Source of the DNA: Aciduliprofundum sp.
GTDB lineage: Archaea > Thermoplasmatota > Thermoplasmata > Thermoplasmatales > ARK-15
DNA: 38,128 nt
Assembly: GCA_002878135.1 (NCBI GenBank)
Contig: PNIT01000050.1
Location: forward strand, 1-38,128
Direction: 5' to 3'
Shown here: one piece after another, positions 26,767 to 35,290 of the stretch
Numbering within the stretch: the first letter of the stretch is position 1
How the letters are laid out: the number at the start of each line of letters is the position of its first letter
Notes under the pieces: generated by a model
What the model saw: the letters and a program-made list of their open reading frames with translations, nothing else
The model's database searches: none
Told to the model about the DNA's origin: nothing
Translations under genes and position numbers: made by a program

Positions 26767-27723
26767 TCATTTTGATTTACCTATCCTGGATAATCTTGCG
26801 AGAAGGGCATCCAAACCTATCTTTTCATTCGCACCCTCTATGATTCTAAACTCAATGTCAGCCATTGATTCAAGTATGTCAGCAAGCATCTCTTCATCTA
26901 TGGAAATTCTATAGAATTCGCTATGCATCTGCTTAATTATATCCTCAGCAGCCACTCCATACTCCACAACCATCTTATCAAGAAGCTCCCTTGCCTCAAG
27001 GAATTTGCCACTCAATGCCTTCTCAATCATTTTCCTCACCGTATCCCTGCTGGCAAGACCGGACGCCTTGTATATTATATCAGAATTTATTCTTTCACCC
27101 ATGCTAGCCGCTGCCTGAAGTATGTTTATTGATTTTCTCATATCACCGCCTGCAATAAGATAGATGGCCTCTATTGCATCATCCTCAAGTTTAATGTTCT
27201 CCTTTTCTGCTATGTATTTGAGTCTCTTTCCAACGTCTTCCTTGGATAATGGCCTGAATCTGAATATGCTTGCCCTGGACTGAATAGGATCTATGATCTT
27301 AGATGAATAGTTACAGGAGAGTATAAATCTACAGGTTTTGGAGAATTTTTCCATGGTCCTCCTCAGGGCTGCCTGTGCATCTGCAGTAAGATGATCTGCC
27401 TCATCAAGGAATATTATCTTGAATCCAACATCATTGGAAGGAGCTGTTCTTGCATAATCCTTTATCTGAACCCTCACCGTATCTATACCCCTTTCATCGC
27501 TTGCATTCAACTCATGAAAACTTGATTTCCAGTCTTCACCAAAGAGACCGATTGCAAGGGCGATTGCACTTGTTGTCTTACCTGTTCCCGGGGGTCCTGC
27601 GAATATTAGATGAGGCATATTCTTTTCCTTAACGTAAGCCTTTAACCTCTCTACAATGTAATCCTGCCCAACAATATCATCAAGCTTGCTAGGCCTGTAT
27701 TTTTCCACCCACACATCTTCCAT
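26767..27723 (-). CDS. rfcS: Replication factor C small subunit
   Basis: 318 aa. Contains WVEKYRP, Walker A (GPPGTGKTT), DEAD-like (FLDEADHLT), SRC-like (ILSCNYSSKIIDPIQSR) and RFC box VIII-type segments. No intein. Confidence 0.93.
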   Translation of the reverse strand: MEDVWVEKYRPSKLDDIVGQDYIVERLKAYVKEKNMPHLIFAGPPGTGKTTSAIALAIGLFGEDWKSSFHELNASDERGIDTVRVQIKDYARTAPSNDVGFKIIFLDEADHLTADAQAALRRTMEKFSKTCRFILSCNYSSKIIDPIQSRASIFRFRPLSKEDVGKRLKYIAEKENIKLEDDAIEAIYLIAGGDMRKSINILQAAASMGERINSDIIYKASGLASRDTVRKMIEKALSGKFLEARELLDKMVVEYGVAAEDIIKQMHSEFYRISIDEEMLADILESMADIEFRIIEGANEKIGLDALLARLSRIGKSK

Positions 27724-27788
27724 GATTATCTAGATATCAATTATACAATCAAATTATATTATTTTTTCTTTAAATCTTAAATTTTTAC

Positions 27789-27810
27789 ATAAATTTTTAT
27801 AAAAATTTAT
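27789..27810. repeat. Perfect 22-bp AT-only palindrome ATAAATTTTTATAAAAATTTAT
   Basis: I verified base by base that the sequence equals its own reverse complement. It lies in the 340-bp AT-rich spacer between divergent rfcS and the surface-protein gene. Its centre contains a TATA-like TTTATAAA on both strands. Confidence 0.9.
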
Positions 27811-28011
27811 TCTAAAATATGGATAAAAACTGCTTGTGTAGTAATGCATCCCTGTCCATAATTAAACAAATTTAAATCTTGATTCATAGGTCTTTCCAGA
27901 TTTTTTATTTAAAATTCCTTGCATATAACATCAAAAAAATTATAAAAAATTGATTTTTCTAAAATTATTTCTGATGAGCCATTCATAAAAAATCTTCACG
28001 TACCAAAAATA

Positions 28012-28019
28012 TTTAATAA
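28012..28019 (+). promoter_or_regulatory. Putative TATA box of the 994-aa surface glycoprotein gene
   Basis: TTTAATAA is centred about 48 nt upstream of the TTG start at 28064. The predicted TSS near 28043 leaves a roughly 20-nt leader containing GGAGGG (28051-28056). Confidence 0.35.
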
Positions 28020-28063
28020 TGTTATGATTTCACTTTTCTATCCCTGAATTGGAGGGATGATAT

Positions 28064-31048
28064 TTGAAATCATTTAGTGCAAAAAGTGCAATGGCTTTAG
28101 TGATCGTTTCAGTGATTCTAGTGGGTACTATTTTAGTTCCACTGATTCCAGCGCAGGGTACACAAAGTGGGAATGTGAGTTTGGTGGTGATGTATAAGGA
28201 TACAGAGACCGGGGATCTTGACTTCCTTCAGGGTCTTAATGTAAATCTGATGGATTATTCTGGAAATATTATTTCCTCATCCATATCCAATCCCGTAGTA
28301 AATTTTGGGAATGTGCAGATAGGTAATTACATATTGAGCGTCTCACCCCAGAAGATTGGAACATACGTTTATGGTGGCGCATTCATACCAATTACCGTTA
28401 ATACGACTGGGGTGAATGTTACAACAATAACTGTGGCAAGGACCGCAATAAATAAGACCGTTAACCTGGTGGTAAAGAATTCTGGCCTGCCTGCCTCTGG
28501 ATACAACGTTTATGCATATGATTACTATAATCTTCTTTTCTTCTCAGGTGTGACAGGTTCCGCAGGAAATATTACATTCAATGCTACAAAGGGACCCTTC
28601 ATACTTGAACTGAGTACATCAAGTGGAGGAGGTCTAAAGAATTATTATCTTCAGTTAAACGCACCTTTCACAGGTTCCATAGACATTTCAACATTCAAGC
28701 ACATATTTGGTATTGTAAAGGATTCAGCTACAGGATCCATAATATATAACACAATCTATGTTAATATATTCCAGAATTCATCACTGTGGAATACATTAAC
28801 ATTTAACAATGGTGTTTTCAATTTCTATCTGGGCGGTTCAAATTATAGTATTGTTCTCACTGCGGATGGTTATTCCATACAGAACCTCTATTTCAATGGC
28901 TCATATCCCATCACGGTATTCCTGAATAAGGTTAAGAATTATTACAATTACAGCTACACATTCTCCACTGATTTCAAATATATCTACATGAACTGTACAT
29001 TTTTATTGAATAATAAAACAGTACTAAGGGTTCTTCCATACAGTAATACAGACATACTATACTATCAGATGAAACTCAATGGATTCAATTCCACATTCCT
29101 GAACAAATTTTTCCTGAATTCAATAAGAAACTATTCAGGTTCATACATTACACTGGGTAATTATATCTATTCACTGAAGGGATCATCTGTAACACCCTTC
29201 ACTATAGATTACAGCGGTTTCACTGTACAATTCAGCGCTGTTTATTATAATTCATCTGTAAATACCAGTTCCCTTATCTCCTCCATGGGTTACCTCCCAG
29301 TATATCTGAATGTTATGCAGAACAACCAACTTGGTGCATACAACATATACAATTACACCGTTTCCATTCCATCTAATTATGAACTTTCAAACAATGTCAT
29401 AGGTGCAACCACTTCTGGATACATAAATACAATTAGTGTAACGAATGCCACTGTGGGCCAGGTGGAGCTTGACTTTAAGGAAAGACAAAAACCACAGATT
29501 ATACTTACTCAGGGTACGTTCGGTATATACTGGAAAGGTATGACACCTGGCAACTACATAATAAACTCAAGCGCAAGCAACTTCACTGTTGTTGTAAGGG
29601 CCAATCTTAATGTTTATTTCAATGCAAGCAACGCGGTAAGGGATATGGTAAGACAGCAGTATTCATGGAAGGAGATGAAATTCCAGTGGAATATGGATGG
29701 CAATATAAAGAGTGGTACTGGACTGGCAAATGTTAGTGAGATTCTGAGCCCGGGCATACATACATTGAATCTCACTGTTACAGATGTTGGAAATAACACT
29801 AATTCTACAATAATAAAGGTTTATTCAGATGGTGCATATCCAGATGCTTCATCCTTGATTAAATATACAATAGGACCTGAAAACATAGTATCCTGGAATC
29901 TTTATTATGATAATTCAACTCTCTTCTACACATACAATGGTAATACTACAAAGTACACATTATCTGGAAAGAGCATTGAACTTGGACCGGTCACTGTACT
30001 GCAGAACAAGCAGCTTTCCCTTAATGCTTACAACCTGAAGGATACACTGAATGGAATCATACCATCGAAGGAGAATGTGAATGTTATATGGAACATATCA
30101 GGTTCAAGGTATCTTGGTAATTATGTGAACTATACATTCACATATCCAACAAGGAATGGTTATGATTGGGTGAATGTCACCTACAGTGATCTCGTTGGAA
30201 ATAATATCACTGTTGCCCTGAAGGTATTTGTAAAGGATACAGTAAAACCTGTGCCAGTGATTGTCTTCCAGGGAAAGAATAACACCACCGTAAACCAGAT
30301 TTTTGAGAATCAACCTGTTGTATTTAATGGTACAGGTTCATACGATCCACAGAACGGTACCATATCCTCATACTCCTGGACCATTGAGAACTCCACTGGG
30401 AAGGTGCAGAGTGCAAACACAACTTTTGTTATATTAAATGGCAATCTGAACGAAAGCAAGCTCACAGTTAAATTCACCACATATGGTACATTTTACATAA
30501 TACTGAATGTTACAGATGCTTCTGGAAACTACAATACTCTGAATAAGACACTCAGGGTCTCCCCCGTAGCACCTGACCTTGTACTTGTGAATTTCACATG
30601 GAAGGGAAATCTCACCGAGGGTAGCCAGACAACATTCTATGTGAATGTTTCAAATACGGGAAATGCACAGGCAAGCGTCTATTACCTTGAATTCTATGTA
30701 AATGGTAAGCTAGAAGGAAATGTTAGCTATAGTAATCTTGCAGTGAACAAGACAACAATGCTCATATACAACTGGACACCACCATCATCTGGTAATTACA
30801 CAATAAAGTTTGTGGTATACTCCCCACAGGAGCCAAAAATTTACATTGGTGACAATGCCCAATCAAAGGTGGTAAGCGTTCAGCAGGCAGCATGGAAATT
30901 ACCGGCCATAATAATAGGAACCATAGCTGTGATAGTAGTGGTAGCAATAGTGATCTGGAGACTAAGGACAAAGGGCTTCAGAAAATTCGAAAAGAAAACA
31001 AAGACTGAACAAAAAGAGGAAAAGGGTGGATTACTCCACAAAAAATAA
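28064..31048 (+). CDS. Large cell-surface glycoprotein (signal peptide, beta-sandwich and PKD domains, CARDB domain, C-terminal TM anchor)
   Basis: 994 aa with a TTG start and an SD-like motif upstream. N-terminus is MKSFSAKSAMALVIVSVILVGTILVPLIPAQG. PKD-like segments include FQWNMDG...LNLTVTDVGNNTNS and FNGTGSYDPQNGTISSYSWTI...ILNVTDASGN. A CARDB-like segment is FYVNVSNTGNAQASVYYLEFYVNG. The TM helix LPAIIIGTIAVIVVVAIVIW is followed by a K/E-rich tail. About 47 N-x-S/T sequons by eye. Confidence 0.8.
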   Translation: MKSFSAKSAMALVIVSVILVGTILVPLIPAQGTQSGNVSLVVMYKDTETGDLDFLQGLNVNLMDYSGNIISSSISNPVVNFGNVQIGNYILSVSPQKIGTYVYGGAFIPITVNTTGVNVTTITVARTAINKTVNLVVKNSGLPASGYNVYAYDYYNLLFFSGVTGSAGNITFNATKGPFILELSTSSGGGLKNYYLQLNAPFTGSIDISTFKHIFGIVKDSATGSIIYNTIYVNIFQNSSLWNTLTFNNGVFNFYLGGSNYSIVLTADGYSIQNLYFNGSYPITVFLNKVKNYYNYSYTFSTDFKYIYMNCTFLLNNKTVLRVLPYSNTDILYYQMKLNGFNSTFLNKFFLNSIRNYSGSYITLGNYIYSLKGSSVTPFTIDYSGFTVQFSAVYYNSSVNTSSLISSMGYLPVYLNVMQNNQLGAYNIYNYTVSIPSNYELSNNVIGATTSGYINTISVTNATVGQVELDFKERQKPQIILTQGTFGIYWKGMTPGNYIINSSASNFTVVVRANLNVYFNASNAVRDMVRQQYSWKEMKFQWNMDGNIKSGTGLANVSEILSPGIHTLNLTVTDVGNNTNSTIIKVYSDGAYPDASSLIKYTIGPENIVSWNLYYDNSTLFYTYNGNTTKYTLSGKSIELGPVTVLQNKQLSLNAYNLKDTLNGIIPSKENVNVIWNISGSRYLGNYVNYTFTYPTRNGYDWVNVTYSDLVGNNITVALKVFVKDTVKPVPVIVFQGKNNTTVNQIFENQPVVFNGTGSYDPQNGTISSYSWTIENSTGKVQSANTTFVILNGNLNESKLTVKFTTYGTFYIILNVTDASGNYNTLNKTLRVSPVAPDLVLVNFTWKGNLTEGSQTTFYVNVSNTGNAQASVYYLEFYVNGKLEGNVSYSNLAVNKTTMLIYNWTPPSSGNYTIKFVVYSPQEPKIYIGDNAQSKVVSVQQAAWKLPAIIIGTIAVIVVVAIVIWRLRTKGFRKFEKKTKTEQKEEKGGLLHKK

Positions 31049-31053
31049 TTTTT

Positions 31054-31785
31054 TTAATTTTTATTTTCTTCTTTCTTTTCTTCCTGTTTTTTCTCCTCAC
31101 TCTTGCCCTTGTATATCTCCACGAATCTTATTTCCTTATCGGTATAGTCCCTTATGTAACCCACAATGAAATACTTGGCAGAAACCCATTCAGATCTATA
31201 TTTGCAGCTGTCCGCCAGGATTATCTCAATGTGATCATCGTATTCCTTTACCTTGAACTCATTCAGATCCCTGTTGTAACTCGCTTCTATGAGTGCAAGT
31301 ATCTTATTCTCAATACCCTCAACTATTTCCTTTACTACAAACTTGTAATGCAATTTCTTCCCAGCTAGTGGATTGTTGAAATCAACAAGTATTCTACCAG
31401 GGGATATGCTCACCACCTTTCCATTCTGACCGTTTATTGTAACGAACTTACCCACCTCAGGGGTGATCTTATTCCTCTCAAAATCCCTTGGTGAATATAC
31501 CTTAAGGAGTGATGGGTTTCTCTCTCCGTAGGCCTGGGAAGGTTCAAGGTATATGTCGTACTCCTTTCCAAGCTCCGCATTCATGATGGCCTTTTCAAGC
31601 TCCTCAAGAACCATTTTACTCCCTATTATGACTACCTCCGGGGCGTATCTCCTGTTTGGATCGTAAATTCCATTATCCTTCGCCACCTGTTCTATGGTGG
31701 TGTCCCTAATCTCTTCCCTATCCTGTTCCACTGTCCATAACGTATAATCTATCCTTACTATGTCACCTTTGTTCATGCTTTTCAC
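31054..31785 (-). CDS. FKBP-type peptidyl-prolyl cis-trans isomerase, long archaeal type
   Basis: Contains GDIVRIDYTLW, VIIGSKMVLEELEKAIMNAELGKEY and PSQAYGERNP. Has an insert-in-flap and a C-terminal domain, then a K/E-rich tail. The true start may be ATG 31776 (MNKGD). Confidence 0.85.
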   Translation of the reverse strand: MKSMNKGDIVRIDYTLWTVEQDREEIRDTTIEQVAKDNGIYDPNRRYAPEVVIIGSKMVLEELEKAIMNAELGKEYDIYLEPSQAYGERNPSLLKVYSPRDFERNKITPEVGKFVTINGQNGKVVSISPGRILVDFNNPLAGKKLHYKFVVKEIVEGIENKILALIEASYNRDLNEFKVKEYDDHIEIILADSCKYRSEWVSAKYFIVGYIRDYTDKEIRFVEIYKGKSEEKKQEEKKEENKN

Positions 31786-31798
31786 TTCCTGTTATGTT

Positions 31799-32647
31799 TC
31801 AGAGGTTAAATAATTGAAGAATATTTAATTTTTCTATAATAATTGATATCAGTATGAGGAAGGGAATGGGTATATCAAAATAGAATATTCTGTCAACACT
31901 CCAGGAATTTATGAAACAAAGCCTTGAGAAGAGCAGAATCATTGCTGGTATGAATAATATTAATCTCAGAATATGGCCGTAGGAAAATAAAAATAGGAAG
32001 ATGGATGATATGATATAGAATGTTAGAAGGGGGATTATTATCTTGCCCCTAAAAATTACAGGTATGGATTTTATACCCACCTTTTCATCAAAGAGTCTAT
32101 CCTGATTCTGATAGATGATATCAAAACCACCTATCCAGAATGTTAGGAATATCGCCATATAATAAACATCGGGTAAATATGGTATCTTACCTGATGCACC
32201 TATATAGCCAGCTATGGCAATTACCCCTATGGTAAAACCTAGAAATAGATGGGAGATAAAAGGTATTTTCTTTGTTTTAGGGTAGATGTAAAATAGAAAT
32301 AGAAGAATTGGCGCAAGTAGCCCGGAAAGGGTATTCAGCATTATTGCTGAAAGTTCGAATATTATTGAGGATACCAGTATTATGGCATATGCCTCCCTGA
32401 AACCTATTTCCCCTGTCACAAGCTCCCTCTTCATGGTTCTTGGATTTATCCTGTCAAGATCATAATCCTCAACCCTGTTTATTACCATTCCAGCCACCCT
32501 GGCAGATACACCCGCCACCGTAATCAATATGAATGTGATAAAGGTAAATCTTCCATAGAGGATCATCCCTGTGTATGCAAAAGGAAGATCAAAAACTGTA
32601 TGCTCAATCTTTACAAAACTTAAGAATCTCTTTATATTCATATTCAT
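31799..32647 (-). CDS. ubiA: UbiA-family aromatic prenyltransferase
   Basis: 282 aa with about 8-9 TM helices. Asp-rich motifs are NRVEDYDLDRINPRT and YQNQDRLFDEKVG. ATGA overlap with the upstream ubiD-like gene. Confidence 0.8.
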   Translation of the reverse strand: MNMNIKRFLSFVKIEHTVFDLPFAYTGMILYGRFTFITFILITVAGVSARVAGMVINRVEDYDLDRINPRTMKRELVTGEIGFREAYAIILVSSIIFELSAIMLNTLSGLLAPILLFLFYIYPKTKKIPFISHLFLGFTIGVIAIAGYIGASGKIPYLPDVYYMAIFLTFWIGGFDIIYQNQDRLFDEKVGIKSIPVIFRGKIIIPLLTFYIISSIFLFLFSYGHILRLILFIPAMILLFSRLCFINSWSVDRIFYFDIPIPFLILISIIIEKLNILQLFNL

Positions 32648-34065
32648 TCAAACCCATATTTCCTCAGCATCGACTCCACAATCTTCCCAAGATCCTTCTC
32701 TATCCTCCTGGGCCAGGGGCGGTTGAATCCTTCCTGGGGCATTTTTACTGTTGCATCTATTATCATCTTTCCACCTGCGTTGTTATAGATTGATGCATGG
32801 TCAAGGGAATCAGCAACAGATAGACCTATTATCTCAACATCCCTGGCTGGATCAGTTCTAGTTGATACCGCCCAGAGAACCTCCCTCCTGTCCCTTACAT
32901 TTATATCATCATCCACAACTATTACGTATTTTGTAAACATGAGCTGGCCCGAGGAGAGTATGGACATGGCCACCTTCCTGGCCTGACCGGGGTAGGATTT
33001 CCTTATGGATACAATGCATAGATCATTGAAAACACCCTCCTCTGGAAGATAAAGGTCAACAATCTCCTGATTCTGTAATTTTATGAAGGGGAGGAAGATA
33101 CTCTGTATTGCATCTGCAATTACAGCATCTTCACTCCAGAACCTCCCCACCACTGTTGCATGGTAAATTGGATTCTTCCTGTGGAATATCCTTTTAATAT
33201 GGAAAACTGGATAATCCTCAACAGGTGTATAATAACCCGTGTGATCACCGAATGGACCCTCAGCCCTGGATTCATCTGGGTCAACATAACCCTCGAGGAC
33301 AAACTCAGCATTGGAAGGATATAAAAGATCCACGGTCTCACCCTTTACAAGATCCACCTCCTCATTCATCAAAAGTCCAGCAAAACTCATCTCATTTAGA
33401 CCCTCAGGCAGGGGTGAAATGGCGCTGAACAGTATAGATGGGTTTACACCTATTGCCACGGCAACATCAAGGGTTTTGCCCAACTTTTTTGCCTTGAGCA
33501 TGTGCATATATCCCGTCTTCTGCCTCTGCCAGTGCATCCCAGTGGTTTCATCATCGTATACCTGCATCCTGTAAACGCCAGCATTATAACTACCATTCTC
33601 TGGATCCTTTGTAATTACAACGGGTAATGTGATGTACCTACCTCCATCCCCAGGCCATGTCTTTAAGATTGGTATATCTGAAAGTTTTAAATCACCCTGC
33701 ATATCCTTTACGGGCCCACTGCCGTGGACGGTAGGATGCAACACCTTCAGGTCCCTGTAAAGGGAAATACCCTGTGAAATTGATGGCTTTGATAAAATCT
33801 GTTCTATAAATGAAGAAAAATAGTTAGATATATCTTCAATTTCCCTACCAAGGAGATATTCTAGCCTTTTTTTTGTACCGAATGCATTCATAAGAACAGG
33901 TATACCACTCCCATCAACATCATGGAATAGTAAAGCAGGACCTCCCCTCCTCTGAACCTCATCTGTGAAAATTGATACCTGAAGATCGGATGAAAATCTT
34001 TCATTTATGTCAAGGAGATCATTTATCTTTCTCAATCTTTCAATTGAGTATCTGAGATCCTTCAT
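32644..34065 (-). CDS. ubiD: UbiD-family (prenyl-FMN dependent) decarboxylase
   Basis: 473 aa. Contains GPALLFHDV, GDGGRYITLPVVITKDPENGSYNAGVYRMQV, WQRQKTG and GPFGDHTGYY, all typical UbiD segments. Confidence 0.88.
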   Translation of the reverse strand: MKDLRYSIERLRKINDLLDINERFSSDLQVSIFTDEVQRRGGPALLFHDVDGSGIPVLMNAFGTKKRLEYLLGREIEDISNYFSSFIEQILSKPSISQGISLYRDLKVLHPTVHGSGPVKDMQGDLKLSDIPILKTWPGDGGRYITLPVVITKDPENGSYNAGVYRMQVYDDETTGMHWQRQKTGYMHMLKAKKLGKTLDVAVAIGVNPSILFSAISPLPEGLNEMSFAGLLMNEEVDLVKGETVDLLYPSNAEFVLEGYVDPDESRAEGPFGDHTGYYTPVEDYPVFHIKRIFHRKNPIYHATVVGRFWSEDAVIADAIQSIFLPFIKLQNQEIVDLYLPEEGVFNDLCIVSIRKSYPGQARKVAMSILSSGQLMFTKYVIVVDDDINVRDRREVLWAVSTRTDPARDVEIIGLSVADSLDHASIYNNAGGKMIIDATVKMPQEGFNRPWPRRIEKDLGKIVESMLRKYGFE

Positions 34066-34225
34066 CTATAAAGTATAAGTTAGATTAATTTTAAAATTTT
34101 CTATGAACCTTTCACATATTAAAGAGAAAATGCCAACATTACGCTTTAACTTAAACACATTGTAGGTGGGAAATAATATATTGGCCTAAAAAGATTAATA
34201 AACAGATTACAAATATGATCAACTG

Positions 34226-35290
34226 ATGATAACTGTTGTGGGTGCTGGAAACATTGGAAGGGCCATTGTTGATTACCTATCTGATGATTTTGATGTTTCC
34301 GTCATAGACATATCTGAAAAGGCACTGAAGAATTTAAGAGGTGTGAAAAAATTCAAAGGTAAGGTAAAAGATCATGCTGATCTAGTAAAAAGATCTGAGC
34401 TTATCATTACTGCACTTCCCGGCAGTGCATCCTTTGAAACAATATCAAGCATAATAAAGATGGGAAAGAGTGTTGTTGATGTTTCATATATGGAGGAGGA
34501 TCCATTCTTACTTGATAAGGTTGCTAGAGAAAATAGGGTTTTTTTGATTCCTGATGCGGGCTTTGCACCTGGCCTAAGCAACGTACTATCAGGTTATCTT
34601 TACAAGAAGATAGATGGTATTAAAAAGATAGAGATATATGTTGGAGGGTTACCAAGGGAAAGGATACCCCCACTGGATTACGCTGTTACATGGAGTGTTG
34701 AGGGTCTAATAGATGAATACACTAGACCTGCTAGGATAATAAAGAATTATAAAATAAAAACTGTTGATCCACTTGAATCTGTTGAACCATTCTGCATTTC
34801 AAACATAGGCACCTTTGAAACATTCATTTCAGATGGACTAAGAACCATGCTCAAAACATTCAAAATAAGGGACATGTTTGAGAGGACCCTCAGGTATCCT
34901 TCACATATTGAAAAGATTAAGCTACTCAGGGATCTTGGGTTCTTCTCCAAGGATAAGATCAATGGATGTTCACCATACGGGGTTACCATATCACTCTTTG
35001 AAAGGTTGAGGATTGATGTGGAGGACATGAGCATACTCCTTGTTAGAGGTCATGGAAAAAGGGTGGAGGATCTTTTCATATATGACAGATACGATGAGAA
35101 GAGCGGTATAACATCCATGGCTAGAATGACTGGTTATACAGCAGCATCTGTGGCAACCATAGCCCTTGAAATGGATGAATATGGAGTGGTTCCACCGGAG
35201 TACTTTGGTATGGATGGTGAATATTTTTTAAAGCTAAGGGAGAAGCTCAGAAAAAAAGGTATAATAATAAATGAAACATTAAACCTATGA
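34226..35290 (+). CDS. Saccharopine dehydrogenase-like NAD(P) oxidoreductase (COG1748)
   Basis: 354 aa. N-terminal Rossmann motif is ITVVGAGNIGRAIVDYL. Contains IPDAGFAPGLSNVLSGY, typical of the saccharopine/carboxynorspermidine dehydrogenase family. Confidence 0.7.
   Translation: MITVVGAGNIGRAIVDYLSDDFDVSVIDISEKALKNLRGVKKFKGKVKDHADLVKRSELIITALPGSASFETISSIIKMGKSVVDVSYMEEDPFLLDKVARENRVFLIPDAGFAPGLSNVLSGYLYKKIDGIKKIEIYVGGLPRERIPPLDYAVTWSVEGLIDEYTRPARIIKNYKIKTVDPLESVEPFCISNIGTFETFISDGLRTMLKTFKIRDMFERTLRYPSHIEKIKLLRDLGFFSKDKINGCSPYGVTISLFERLRIDVEDMSILLVRGHGKRVEDLFIYDRYDEKSGITSMARMTGYTAASVATIALEMDEYGVVPPEYFGMDGEYFLKLREKLRKKGIIINETLNL

Noticed and set aside
27819-27875. 18-aa mini-ORF (MDKNCLCSNASLSIIKQI) in the AT-rich spacer
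   Set aside because: It has no SD-like motif, is very short and has no recognisable family. Other spacers contain similar mini-ORFs, for example a 20-aa one at about 34099-34161. These are indistinguishable from chance.
27971-28047. Possible C/D-box sRNA: cTGATGA at 27971-27977, a TGATTT C'-like box at 28025-28030 and CTGA at 28044-28047
   Set aside because: The overall length of about 76 nt is too long. No D' box lies about 12 nt after the C box, and there is no terminal stem complementarity. The CTGA sits in the predicted 5' leader just before the GGAGGG of the surface-protein gene. This is most likely a chance match in AT-rich DNA.
27724-28063. Replication origin hypothesis for the AT-rich spacer next to rfcS
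   Set aside because: No orc1/cdc6 gene is adjacent, and I could not find repeated ORB or mini-ORB-like boxes with G-strings flanking the AT tract. Only a single TCCAGA-like match occurs. The idea is retained only as a remote alternative in the palindrome finding.
23945-28063. Integrated mobile element using tRNA-Asn as attachment site
   Set aside because: No integrase, transposase or plasmid/virus genes are present. I saw no duplicated fragment of the tRNA 3' half elsewhere in the window. The AT-rich cassette lies on the 5' side of the tRNA rather than downstream of its 3' end. Only compositional oddity remains, and it is reported under the GT2 cassette finding.
31046-31105. Polypyrimidine tract of about 60 nt on the plus strand at the convergent junction of the surface-protein and FKBP genes
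   Set aside because: It is explained by the T-run terminator of the plus-strand gene and by the K/E-rich (AAG/GAA codon) C-terminal tail of the FKBP gene on the other strand. There is no need to invoke a structural DNA element.
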